A DNA stretch of 64,000 nt from assembly GCA_045837725.1 (NCBI GenBank), contig JBEWZL010000266.1:124001-188000 (forward strand), given 5' to 3'. Of the stretch, positions 50,591-63,811 are shown piece by piece. The translations under genes and the position numbers were made by a program. The notes under the pieces are model-generated. The model made no database searches and was not told the origin of the DNA. It saw only the letters and a program-made list of their open reading frames with translations. The first letter of the stretch is position 1; each line of letters opens with the position of its first letter. The DNA is from Vermamoeba vermiformis. Lineage: Eukaryota.

Positions 50591-52920
50591 TTACAACCCG
50601 TTACTGTAGGACGAATACTGTGGCGGATAGTTATGATAATACGGCACTGAAGGCAGATTCGGGTACGGCGCTGTTGTGACTGGCACGTGACTTTGCAAGT
50701 ATTTATCCGCGTACTGCACTGGATAGGGCATCATACTGGGCGCAAAGGACGGATAGGACAGGGGGGGCAATACGATACCGTTCAGTGAACTAGCACTGGT
50801 CACTGCTGGTGCTGAGACGTTCACTGAATCCCTCGCAGTCACGTGCTCAATGGACGGGGGCTGTGCTGCAACGGGGACTGTTGATTGCGGGGGTTTGGGC
50901 GCGGGGGTCTCGTTCACTGAAGGTGCGTCAGTGTCAGCGTCAGAGGGCTCGGTTCTTTGCATATTTTTCCTTTTTTGGCCAGCACCAGGGCTCGTCTGAT
51001 TGTCACTGCACTTGGGACAGTACCAGTCAGCGAGGGTGTCTGCTTCAGCTTGTGTGATCTTCATGCAATCGCCGTGAAACCTGTCGAGTGGGTGAGTACC
51101 AATGCTCAGTTGACACGTGTCAGCTCGCACGAAATTTCCCGTTACACGTACCATTCACCGCACTTGGAGCAGCCAATCCAAAATCGTCCATCGTCAGTCT
51201 GGTCCTCTAATCGTGCACGACACACGCACAGCAGCACATCACTCAGTGGCTGCTGCACGGGCTGATGAGTTGCCAAATCAGGCAAGGGCTCGTCTCTCAA
51301 GTATGCCTATAATTAGCCGTTAGCCAGCGACTCCATTAACTGCGCAGTGCGTACCTTGAGGCAGTCGATTGCCCACTCGGGATTGATCGGATTGTTCTCG
51401 GTATTGAAGGTGTCTCGCAGCGGCAAGAAGGCCTTATACCAGGGCAGCCAGTCTGCTAGGGCAATCACTGCATCGCGCTCCACTTTGCGCAATTCTTCAC
51501 CGCGTCGTATGCGCGCTACGAACTTGAGTGCAGCCATCCAGGTGATGAATTCGTACAGCGGATATTTGAACTTCGGCTCCACGTGCGTCACATTCTCAAT
51601 GCGGTACACTTTGAGTTGTGTTTCAATGCCGTAATCGTGTAGGAAATTTCCGCCGAACACCTGCGAAAGATAATTAGACACGACAAGAGAATATCGTGAT
51701 CCTTACAATAGAGTCTTGCGGAGTATACACCGCGTGAATCCACCCAGCTGGGATAAAGAATGTGTTGCCAGCATTGACAACGACACGATGACACCTGTCA
51801 TTCACTGTGTTCTGATAGTGTGACACTGGCTGGTTCTCAGCCCAGTCCTGGTGCACCATGTCTGCAAAGAATGTACTCTCCCTGCAAGTAGTTAGTGGCG
51901 TGTTTGAGGAGCTAATTGCACGTGGCACTCACTGCTCGGGGCTGTTGGACCACTTCTCGTACTGCTTGAGATTGACGTCAGTGGGAGCAATGAGCCAGAA
52001 CACTTTCTGACCCTGCAGCACGTGATACCACACGGAACTGCCTCCGAAGTCAATGTGGAAGTCCGTGTAACAGCCTTGCGTGCTCGACAGACAGTAGTAC
52101 TGCACCTTGGGGTACGTCACTTTGACATTCTTGCCCTTGCGCTCCTGCACTTGAGATTAGTCCCGAACACCAACCAGTCCTCAGTGGTACTCACATAAGT
52201 GCGCGCATCAGGGGGCCACACGGTCTCAATCCAATCGAGCTGCTGCACGACCTCTGCAAATGCAACAGTTAATGCGCTGACCACTGACTAGCGACAGTTA
52301 CACTTACCTGGAGCTCGCACGTGTTGCGCGAGACTAGTGTGAGAGAACTCGAGACTGATGATATTTAACACACGCGTACGTGCTTCGTGCGGTGTTTTGA
52401 AGTACTTGACCCAATCCCGCACCGTCCACTTGGGCACAACTTCGCGCTGTGACAATACGTCCAAAACTGGCGCGTCTTCTTTTTCTCCTAAAGCGCAACG
52501 CGTAAATGCTTGTGATTTCTCCAAATAATAAAAATTTCTGTCACGAATGACTACGATCCACCGCAAGTTTTCCGAATTTTCGCTAATGACGCACTTACCT
52601 ATTAACATAGCAATATTGTCTATATTGTAATATTCCTTAGGCTGTGTAAGCCTTGCTGCACCATTCGGGACCATAATTGGCTCGTTGAACCCCTCACGCT
52701 GGATGAAGTCTAGCGTTAGCGAATCTACCACTCGAACTACATTAGACCCATCAATCCACTTTTGATTTATTCTTGATTTCCATATGGGATTTTTTATTTT
52801 TGGTGCCGGTTGAACTGGTGTTTCGCTGTTCAGATCCCCTTCAAATCCACTGAGCGCGTCAATCGCACCGTAATTCACTTTCTGGCGCTTTCTTAATCGC
52901 ACGTTAGTGGTGCTCGCCAT
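50591..52920 (-). CDS. JmjC histone demethylase (JHD1/KDM2/KDM7 family) with C-terminal PHD finger
   Basis: Motifs [38 protein letters not shown] and [13 protein letters not shown] (Fe ligands H-x-D...H intact). PHD: CVCR...[16 protein letters not shown]...WYCPKC. Confidence 0.92.
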
Positions 52921-53171
52921 TGTGAGTGTGACAGACAAGCACACCAGAGCCATCCAGGCAAAAAACCGAAAACTCCGTTCATGAAATTGACTGTTGGCAC
53001 ACATCAATAATGACATTCACCGTCACTTGTATGTACAAAGTATTACATGTAGATGAGAAATCGCGACCCTTTTATTAGAGATCTTGATTGAGTTCGTATG
53101 ATACAAGTGGGGGCATCGTCCTCTTCCACAGAGAGCGAGTGCTGGGTTATGGTACAAAATTGAATGCAACG

Positions 53172-54193
53172 TTATTGCGTGAGAGGGGCGAGTTGCGTGC
53201 TGCAGAACATTCGCGAGTGAGTACAAAGTGTCATTCATCAACTAGTTGCAGTACTTACCGGGTTGGAGTGTCGACTTTGCGCAGCGTGACTTTGAATGGC
53301 GGAGCAGTGCTGGCACTCGACGAGGCAGCGGCTTGATTCTGCAAGTTCTCCTTGTCGTAATGGGCACGCAATTGTTTCACGGGCAAGGCAACTGGTGACT
53401 TGGCAGGGGAGCGAGCAGGCTTAGAGCCACGCTCAGGACGATCGACCTTCTTCAACTTGACACTTTGAATGGCGTCGAGTGTCACTGCGAATGAGGGCTG
53501 GTTGGGATCTGGCTTGCGCGTGGACTTGGGAGCGACACGCGGGGTCATCGGGGTACGTGGAGCTTGCACTGGAGGGGCTGGTGGGGCTGGGGGTGGGGGT
53601 GGAGGGGGCGCAGCTTTCTCTTCCACCACGGGCTTATTGAACGCAGCAGGGGCAGGAGTGGGCAGTGAATTGAGGCGCGGTGTGCGCGTTTGAAGAGCGG
53701 AGAGCGTCTGTTGCCAATCAGTCTGCAAGTCCTTGAGTACTGTGTTGTAGTTCTTGTTTTCTTTGCGCAGAGCTGTAATTTCTTTCTTCATTCGACGCAG
53801 CTTTCGGTTCATCATTATAACTTTGGGATCTTCCGTCGTTGTCAAAGATCGGAGCTTTGTAAACACCAAAACTTTCTGACAACCGTCTTTGCACTAGCCC
53901 TCTTTATTAGGATCGTAAGGATGATAATAGAGTGCAATTACCTTGTTAACAACAGTGGAGACTACTTGCTTAGTTTTGATCGCAGTTGTTAGCACGTACG
54001 AAAGGACTTTCGCAGTGGGTGCAACTATAGTCCAGTAGCCGATATTTTTGCTATGCTGAATGAAGTTGCAGCTCAGCTGTTTGAGAGTATCGAGGCTGGA
54101 TTGCTCAGGCACTGCAGGTTCTTCGGTGTAGTAGATGCTGCTACGACGGCTTTTTCTACGGGAAATGCTCTTTCGCTTTTGTTTAGTGCTCAT
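53172..54193 (-). CDS. Proline-rich coiled-coil protein, PRR11-like, with WH2-like LKKV/LRKV motifs
   Basis: A coiled coil, poly-Pro, VTLDAIQSVKLKKV, a KEN box (DKENL) and VTLRKVD. The family call is by resemblance only, and the 3' exon boundary is inferred. Confidence 0.5.
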
Positions 54194-54376
54194 GTTGTTA
54201 ATAATAATACGATAATTGAGATAACTGTGCAGTTCTCGCAATAAATAGTTGCCCAAAAAACTTGCAACGGCTAGTACAAAAGCGCGCGCAGGCGAAACTG
54301 ACATTTTGACAGATCTGAACAGAATTCTTTATATTACAAGTACTATATACAACGATTAATAATACATTCATCGCTC

Positions 54377-57300
54377 TCATTTTTTCTTATCTTTGTCTTT
54401 TTTGTCCTTGGATTTATCTTTCTTTTTGTCTTTATCCTTTTTCTCCGTATTGTCGTCATTCGCTCCGGTGACTTTAATCTTAGGAGCAGCCGTTGGGGTG
54501 TGATTTCCTCGCGCAGAGCTTTCTTCGCTGAAGCTGAAACTAGTCTGATCTGCATCCGAACCCCTTCGTCGCGGCGAATCTCGTGGAGTGTTCGTCGGGG
54601 TCGATAACACTCGTTTGTTAAGCTCTCCTAGTTGTGGCAGATTGATAAAGCTGAAGTTTTGGAAGGCCTTGTTGTCAAAACTGTTCAACTCTTGCTCGCC
54701 CTCGCCACCGTCGCTGTCACTCTCGTCATCATTGCTGTCACTCGTTGAAGACATGCTTAGGGTCATTGTCCATTTCTCATCTTGGATACGTTCATCGTCA
54801 AAATAGCTCGTGTCTTCGTCGTCATCGAGATTGGGCTTGAAGGGAGGATTCTCTTTGGACACCTGCTTCCAGTCCACGCCCTTGAAGAACGGATGCGCTT
54901 TGACCTCTGTTGCTCCCTTAGCACCCAATCGATCTTCTGTTGAAAGACATAACAGTCGATCAATCAAGTCACGTGCTTCTTGCGAGACTTCATCGGGGAG
55001 ATATTCCCAAGGAATGCGGCGGTTAATAATATTTTCGTAAATTTGTTGTTCCGTCTCCGCGTTGAAGGGTGGAATACCTGTCAGGAATTCGAATAAGATC
55101 ACACCGAGAGCCCACCAATCAACACTGAAGGAGTGCCCAGTTCCGAGAATTACTTCAGGAGCCAAGTAATCGGGCGTGCCTACAAAAGAATAACGTCTGT
55201 AGACGAGTTTTGAACCACCGCGGGCAGTGTTGGTCAAGCTGCTGTAACTGTTGTTCAAACTCGATCGCAACATCAACAGGTCAGGACTAATAGAAGTCGG
55301 TGTGAGGGGCAATCCTGGACCTGATTTGTTCAATTCACTGCCGCGACGAGGTTGAGGATGATGCGGCAACGAACCAACACTTTGTGATAAGAGGTGCGGA
55401 TCAATGTCGTCTCCGTCTGTTGACTCGCTTTTATCTATAATACGAGCTATTAATGAATGCCTCAAATAACGACTATGACTACTTACCTTCTTCTTTTCGA
55501 TTGTGTGATATCTTGATTTCAGGATCAGAGCCAGCGCGTAGGTCTGGAATGTCAGAGGACGAGGCATCACTCTTGACTGAGCTCGTCAAGGATTGATCGC
55601 CGGTGTACGATCGACCAACCCACATTCTTTCTGCACTGCCAAAATCATCGGAGTTCAGTGAATCGCGGGATCCAATGCGCTGCACATGTCTGGATGATTG
55701 AGGTAGATCTTTGTATGAAGCTGTAGTTCGTGAATAGCGCGAGTTTTTGGCCTTCATTTGCTGCCCAGTAGAGGGCACGTTGAGAGTTGACTGACCCATT
55801 GGGCTTGGCGCTGGTATTTGTTGCGTTTGCGAGAGTGTAACGGGATTGAGTGGATGACCCGGCGCTGTCATTGAGCGAGTCAATTTAGGTCTGTGGAATG
55901 GCTGGCCTTGACTGTGGGGTTCTCCATCGCCAATCCACTCGCCTTCAGGGCTCGTAACAGCGGGTTCAGTTAAGAATGGTTTGTCTAACAGACCAAATCT
56001 GCTCAAGCCAAAATCTGTCAGCTTGGTGTGACCGTCGCGCCCCACTAGCAAGTTATCAGGCTTGAGATCACGATGAGTAATGTGTCTGCTGTGCAAATAT
56101 TCGACTGCGAGGACAATTTCCGCCATGTAGAACTTTGCCATATCTTCTTCAAAATACGACATCGCTTTGAGCAATGAATAGAGATCACCGCCAGGCATGT
56201 ATTCCATCACCATGTAGAGATGTCGCTTCGATTGAAAAGTGTAATACAAGTTGACGACGAATGGATTTTCGGAGCTTGATTTGGACTCTGCAGTGGTGGA
56301 AATCATAATGTTCCGCTCCGACTTGATGCGATCTACTTGTTTTTTGCGAATCATATCTTTCTTACGCAAAGCTTTGATAGCATAGAGATCTCCTGTTTTC
56401 TTTTTGCGCGCCAAGTATACTTTTCCAAACGCACCCTTGGCAATGGGCTTTAAAATTTTGAAGTCTTTTCTCGTCTCTTTTCTCCGAGGACTGTCAGCAT
56501 TAATCGGCAGGGATTTGCGCTTGTTGAACATCATAGCTTTGTTTACAATCTAATGCAGATTAATGAACAGTGCTAGCACATGTGTCCGCTAATACTCACC
56601 AAGCTTTCAATCTCCTTTGCCCAACGTTCCATTGCAACGCTGCGTGCTTTACTCGAGGCGAGGTTCTTGGATATGGCGTGGCGAATATCCACCGCATCTT
56701 TTTGCAAAGCTTCAGTTGTTTCGCGGTCCATAATGCGTGTACTTCGAGCCCTGGTGAAGAATTAGTGTCAAATATCGCTCTAAGTAGCTTACGTACTTTT
56801 GAGCAAGTTTAACAAGATTTTCCATAATTTCAAGTTCTTTCTTGGACCGTCCCTTCTTCTTCTCATCTGATTTGATAATCTTGCTGATTGACGACGTTAA
56901 CTGGCCAATGATGAGTCTCACTGCATATTATCCGCATGTTGAACCTACCTTATCCAGCCGTGCATCACAGCTACTCAAGCGCACGTCATATTGATTAGCG
57001 AGCAGACAATATTCGCTGTGTTTGGCCAGCTGATCTGAAGGCACTACATTCTCACAAATGCGACACAGCAACAGGATCTGGCCACTGCTTGTCTGACCGC
57101 GAGGCAAGTCTTGACTGGTGCGCATGGGCAAGGCTTCTTTGTCCTCATCGCGACCTTGCGGCTCACTGGCTGATCGCGCGCGCGTCTCTAATCGTTCCTC
57201 CGCCTTGATCTGCTCTTGTCGTGGCAAAATCAGCTTTAAGTGAGGCTTATTGTCCAATCGACCAGGCGTGCTCTGCGCTGATATGGGTGTGTCGCTGGTC

Positions 57301-58379
57301 GGTGTGCTGGGAAGGCTGCTCGGTGTGTTGGAGGAGGGTGTGCTGAAAGTCACATTCTTGTCACGCGGTGAATGCTCAGCTGACGACACCTCTTCGCTGC
57401 TCGTGCCCACTGGCGCGTGTTTGTCGTGTTTGTCACCGCGCTTGTGCTTGCCGAAGCCAAACGCACCGCGCATGAGATTGATGAATGAGCTGAATACATT
57501 CTTATCGTCTCCTTTCTTGCCCCTAATGCAACTGTATTAATACCAATGCGCATCGATTATATAGTGCATACTTGTGGTCTTTGGGCTGTTCTAGTGAGTT
57601 CTCATAGCTGCTGTCTGCTCGCCGCAGCGGTCGACGAGGAGTGGGCGAATTAACCGTGTTCTGCTGCTTCATATTTTCTTTGTTCAAATCCTGATATGCA
57701 TGCAATAGTGTTAGGATTAGAATGTCAATCATCAATTGATTGTGCGCAAATTCTGTCACAAAAATAAACGCAACAATTCCATCTAAATCCATGCCACTTG
57801 AACTCGAGAAATTTGCTCCAAGATAATACAAAAAAATCATATATATATAAATAAATCAATATTTACCATCAGCTCTTTCGTGCGCGTCCATTGACCAAGG
57901 ATCAGAAGAAGGCGCGTGATCATTAATTTTAAATTCTGCTGGGTCAATGCTTGTTGCTGCAAGTGCAATTGCTGAATAAGATCCGAACATTGTTGCTGAG
58001 AGGTAAGTCGACTGCGTAACTCTTGCAATAATGGTTTCAAGCTTGTCTCGGCGCAGATTTCTAAAACTTTGTCGATCCACGCTACACACTCTGATTCCGT
58101 TGTTTCTAACTTTTGTGATAATACTTCTTCTGTCATAGACAATATTTCTGACGCACTTCTCACTTTCTTGTGCTTGAGGAATTTATTTGCTGGTGATCCG
58201 CTTACATCTTCCAGGCTTCTTTCTTCCAGATCCTCTTCACTCTCTAACAGTGCATCGGGAGTGTTATGTCCACTGCGCTTGTCTTCATCCGAGAAATCAT
58301 GTAATACAGGCACACTGCGACTAAGAGGATTATTCTTGATCTTCTGCTTCAGTTCTTTAATCCGATTATTGTTGCTCAT
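54377..58379 (-). CDS. AGC Ser/Thr kinase of the Greatwall/Rim15/IRE type
   Basis: Motifs FKILKPIAKGAFGKVYLARKK, HRDLKPDNLL and KLTDFGLS, then a long insert, then FVGTPDYLAPE and the AGC tail F.NFSF. Upstream zinc finger CRICE....L..HSEYC as in IRE/Rim15 kinases. Confidence 0.92.
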
Positions 58380-58709
58380 TGTTGGGGACGTCTTATTAGT
58401 CACAAACCTATCAAGAGTCCCCTTTGTAAGGTGGTCAATGAACAAGTCGTATTGTTACGCGCAGGAAATCAAATAAAATAATTCAATTTGTGTCTGACAA
58501 AATTTTCAAGCCACGGAAATTGCGCGGAGCGAATTTTAACCGAACGAAACGAGTCAGTTTTACTTATTTTGTGATAATCGCGCTGAAAACTAGCGAGGAA
58601 CACCGAAGAAAATCAAATCTCGGCTCCCAATTTTCTGCGCTCGAGTTTTCTACCGAAAGTCAACGAAAGCGCCCGACCAAGATCGTTTATCTGCTTATTA
58701 TCGACCGTT

Positions 58710-59569
58710 ATGAGTAACTTAGCTGGAAAGAGCGGGACTGCGAAATTCAAGAAATTGAAAGTAAAGCGCCAAGCAACGCTGAATCTGAAAAAAGGCTACA
58801 GAGGTCTGTTAATTTCACTTGACAATATCTTATCTAATTAATGCTAATAATTCTTACAAAAAAGAAAGTCTAAGAACCGGTTTGGAAATAAAGCAAGCAG
58901 TAAAGGTAATACGAGAAAGAAATATTTAATTGGTGCTTAATCTAACACGAACGTAGCTTCCTCCTGGTAATGATAAGAATGAATGGATTGCAATGATGAC
59001 GATTGAAGGATTTAACACCCTTAAGTTGGTGTACGATTTGATTGTAGATGACTGCACAGAAAATAATTGCCCGCGCATGACTGCTGCATCTCCAAAGGGA
59101 GAGTACGAATCAAATTTGTGAATGCTGCGGCCTTTGACAATCGCTAATACGCATGTAATTTCAGAGCGACATTTATGTGGGCAGACGAGCAGAACAAGAA
59201 GCCAATCGAGTGTACAGCGCGCGAGTACTGCACGCGTCTATTTGCGTGGCTCGAGCAGAAGTTCGAAGACAACACGCTGTTCCCCACCACTGGCGACTTC
59301 CCCAAACACTTCCCGCAAGAGGTGCAGGTCATGTTGAAGCGCATGGTAAGTCGTGTCGTGTGCTGCACACCGCTGACGTGACTGACTCGAGCGAACAGCT
59401 GCGAGTATACGCGCACATCTACTACAAGCACAAAGAGAAGATCAGACAGCTCAATGCAGAGGCACACCTCACCACGAGCTTCAAACACCTCTATTATTTT
59501 GTCACTGAATTCAAGTTAGTCAAAGACAAAGAGCTAGAGAATTTGCAGATTGCTGGCGTCACTCTGTAA
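58710..59569 (+). CDS. MOB kinase activator family protein
   Basis: Spliced product IKQAVK|LPPGNDKNEWIA...CTENNCPRMTA...FMWADE..KKPIECTAREYC...W...FPT...FPKHF...RVYAHIY..H.......AHLTTSFKHLYYFVTEFKLV..KEL. Confidence 0.93.
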
Positions 59570-59647
59570 CGTGCCACGTGCCGCATGTACCGCTCCATAA
59601 ACTCTGTTGTACATTACACGGTGATTTATCGTCACGGAGGGCAGTAT

Positions 59648-61740
59648 TTACAAGTTTAAGGCAATGTTCGCGTTCGAAGACTGTCGCTTGGTGAGCAGAT
59701 GGCTGCACTGACTGAGCACGGAGCGATACAAGCGATAGAACTCCGCCTCATCGCCCTTCAAGCGACGGAAGTCAATCATGTACAGTCCTGGGGCCAGCTT
59801 GTACACCTGCACTGTGCCGTTCAGCTGTCCTTTTTTGGTGCGCGCGTAGATATTGATCTGCAGAGTGCTGTGAGTGACACGTGTCACGGAGGCTGGCACT
59901 TACTTTGAATGAGTTGGGGTGTGGTCGCACGACTATTGGCAATCGTTTCAGCACTTCAATCAACTGCTTGAATATCGCATCTGGATCGCATTCACTGCCG
60001 AAATTGGTGTTGAATTTACCTAATTAGGCAATGATGAGCGACAGTTTCACCGATGCGCAACAGGACTCATTACCCGCTTTCAAAGGTGTGTCTTTGATCT
60101 CGACACTGGTGGAGAGCTCTTCATTCTTGGAAACAGGTGCGTGATGCGTGGTGACGAATTTAGACAGCGAGAATGCCCCGCTCATGTTGATCAAGGCAAA
60201 TGCATTGGCAGTGGGTGGTTCGAGCTTGCCGTCGTGAGTGCTCACTGAACTTCTCTTGCGAATGCGCTTCAATTTAGCGGACTCAGACTCGACTTCTTCT
60301 TCTTCTTGCCACTGCGCATCATCGACTTCTTGGAACTCGGGCAGTGGTGGATTGGTCACGGAGGTGTAGTTGCTGCAGTCATGCTCGATGAGTGCACTCG
60401 AAAGTGGGATGAGAGGACTTACACTACAAACCACGGGTGTGCTTTGATCTCGGGAATGGTGATGCGCTTTTCAGGGTCTGCAACTAAAATCTTTCTGAGC
60501 AGATCTGCTGCGTGTTAGCGAGAGCAAATGATGCAACACTGCACTACATGCCTGTGAGCTCGGGACTGAAGTGGTCTGGGTACTTGGGTGCAGCAGCTTT
60601 GATGCGCTGATAGAGCACATCGACTGTCTTGCCGTTGAATGGGAAGTCTGAGGACAGCGACATGAGTGACACGCACGAGGACTACAAGCACTTACGTCCA
60701 GTGTTCAGCACGTATAAGATAATGCCTGCGGACCACACATCTACCGGTGCGCCCAAATAGCCCTTGCTGCCACGTGCCAGTACCTCGGGGGCCGTGTAAT
60801 GCGGAGTGCCACAGCCGGCAAACAATCTGACGGGGGCATTGAGATTGCTCGAGGACTGTGAGGACCGCAGTGCGAGTGTTGGCATCGTGTTGGTGCGCAG
60901 CGTGAGATTGGGGGCTGAGGGTGTGGGTGTGGCGGGCAGTGCGTCATTGGTCTGGTCAGTGGGACTCGTGGAGGGCGTGACATTAGTGCTGCTGTGTTGC
61001 GACACAGGTACTGCGAGTGCATTGGACGAGCTGCTGAGCGAGGCAGCGGACTTTTGAGGCGTGAAGGGTGCTGCACCGTCTTGATAGATGAGCGCTGACA
61101 GACCAAAGTCCGTGATATGGATCTTGTCGTCTTCATCGACTAAGATATTTTCAGGCTTAAGATCGCGATGACACACCCCTACTAAGTGCATGTACTCGAC
61201 GGCATCGATCAGCTGTTGAAAATATCGTCGTGCTTGTGCTTCGGTTTGCTTGCCTTCGCGTGCTGTCAAAGTGCCTGTCAAGCAGTGCTGTCTCGAGCAT
61301 CACATGACTCACTTACCAATCTTGTCGTATAATTCCTCACCGCGTATTAGGTCCATAATCAAATAGATGTTGTGCTTCGTAATGTGCACGTCGAGTAAAT
61401 TTACAATATTCGGGTGGTTAATTTTTTTCATGACCATAACCTTTTAGAAAATAAATGCATATTCACCAATATTAAGGTGATTAAATAAGTACGCACCTCT
61501 CGCTTCATTTTTTGTTCTTGATCTTTGGACGTCAGGCTCAGCCGAGCTAGAATTTTCACCGCAACTCGCTCGCCTGTGTCCACGTTCACGGCATATTTTA
61601 CCCTATTTTTATTTGATCAGTCTTAGTGTATCATCAGGGTTGGATTCTGGCCGATCAGCTTACTTTCCGAAACTACCCTCACCGATTGTGCTGCCCAATC
61701 GGTATTTACCAACTATTTTGTATGACTCTTCGTCTTCCAT
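59648..61740 (-). CDS. CBL-interacting protein kinase (SnRK3/CIPK-like) with NAF motif and KA1-like C-terminus
   Basis: Motifs [54 protein letters not shown], the NAF motif [17 protein letters not shown], and [25 protein letters not shown]. Confidence 0.9.
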
Positions 61741-61870
61741 GTCTACTCACTGATTATTTCATTAAAACGGAGTTCGAGCTTTTGTTCGCTTTTGTTTTCC
61801 TTCGCGCCATTTTTCAAATTGGTCTCGCTGTTGCCGACACGAATTAAACATTTACATTTGTTGTAATATC

Positions 61871-63811
61871 ATGGACACTTTTGATAGGAATAGTATTCGT
61901 TTGGAATTATTGGCAGCAAGCAAACAACTCTCAAACCGCGGATTACACCACGCAGCCAAATGGGCCGCAGAATTACTTATTAGCGTATTAAATGCACCCG
62001 CCGACGATTCTAGTCAGTCTATTGAGTTAGACAAGCAATTGATAGACGAAATAGATCACGAAGAGCCTTATTATTTACTAGCAAAATCGTACTTCGATCT
62101 CAAAGAATATTACAGAGCCTCAAATGCCCTCGTTGATTGCAACAACGCAAAGTGTGTATTTTTGAGAGGATATTCACGGTATTTAGTAAGTTGTCTTTCT
62201 GCATCTGTCAAGCAACCTCATTAGATCTCAATGTATCCTTCATAGCTTGGAGAGAAACGAAAAGAAGAAGAAAGTCAAGAATTAGGAGGTACGCTATAGC
62301 ACTGATATCTTGCATATTGAAGACACTGACTCGTATTGACGCCAGACAAGCCAGCGTTCAATCGCGAGTTGAAGGCGCTCAAAGATGACTTGCAACAGCG
62401 CTACACTCACGAACAACTCGATGGCTTTGGTCTGTACCTGTACGTACTCGATTCTGCTGCATTGCGCGAGACTAACAATAGGGACAGATACGGACTGGTG
62501 CTGAAGGAGCTCGAGCTCAAGTCGCAAGCAACACAGCTGTTCTGCGAGTCAGTCACGCACTATCCCTGGAACTGGTCTGCATGGCACGCACTGGCATCGC
62601 TGTGTCAGGACCGAGAACAAGTGGACAAGCTGCCCCTGCCTGACCACTGGACCAAGTATCTGTTTGTGGCGCACACGTGCCTTGAACTGCAGCGCAACAA
62701 CGAGAGTCTGGCCATGTACGAGCAGCTCAGCCACGTGTTCAGCAACAACAATTACATCCTCGCTCAGACTGCTCTGGCAAATTACAATCTGAAAGGTCAG
62801 TAACGCTCACTCAATACTTACAGCCGTTGCAAAGCTGACCGTGTGGTGCAGAGTTTGATCGAGCGGAGGAGTTGTTTGATAGTCTCGCTACGATAGACCC
62901 ATTCAGATTGACCAATATGGACGTGTATTCCAACATACTGTATGTCAAAGAAGAGAAGGCCAAGCTAAGCTACTTGGCAATGAAAGCAGTGCACTTGGAC
63001 AAGTACACTCCCGAGACGTGCTGCATTGTCGGCAACTACTACAGTATACGCGGTGAACACGCCAAGGCAGTGACGTACTTTCAGCGCGCACTGCAGCTCA
63101 ACAAGAAGTATTTGAGTGCGTGGACCTTGATAGGTCACGAGTACATTGAGCTCAAGAACACGAGTCAAGCCATCAAGGCCTATCGTGAGGCCGTCAAAGC
63201 GAGTGGTGGACGAGATTTCAGAGCCTGGTACGGCATTGGTCAGGCCTACGAACTGTTGCAGCTGCCACTCTGGGCTCTGCACTACTATCACCGCGCCGTG
63301 GCACTCAAACCCTACGATGCGCGCATGTGGGTAGCAGTGGCTGGCTGTCACGAACAAGCTGCTGCAACTACCACATCTGCGCATCACTTGGATCAGGCAA
63401 TCAAGTGTTACATCCGCGCGGAGCAGTGTGGTGATGTTGAAGCATTGCACAAATTAGCGCAATTATATCACAAGCTAGGACACGACGAACAAGCTGCTTT
63501 TTATTATCGTCGGCACTTGACAAGGTGCGATCAGGATCGCGTAAGTAACTCTAGCTAGCAAATGCGGTGACGCTAATTGGTCGTATATTTAGATTGAAGA
63601 TCAAACGACGATCGATGCACTACTCTTTCTGGCTCAATTCTGCAAGAGCTCTGGTCACGTAACGGATGCACTATTGTACTGCAACAGGTTGATGGACTAC
63701 TCGGGCAAAGAACAAGACGAAGCTAAAGCACTGATGCGCGACATTCACAGCTCACAGCAATATATGACTAGCACATTAGACACCTCCACTTCTCAGCTTG
63801 ACACGCCCTGA
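61871..63811 (+). CDS. CDC23: Anaphase-promoting complex subunit 8 (TPR)
   Basis: Motifs [64 protein letters not shown] and [13 protein letters not shown]. Stop at 63809-63811. Confidence 0.96.

Noticed and set aside
55200-56000. Long insertion between kinase subdomains VII and VIII
   Set aside because: This is a known hallmark of Greatwall/Rim15/IRE kinases and is not novel.
62233-62245. GTATCCTT, resembling a U12 5' splice site
   Set aside because: It lies at the 3' end of an ordinary GT-AG intron (62186-62245) that already restores the APC8 frame.
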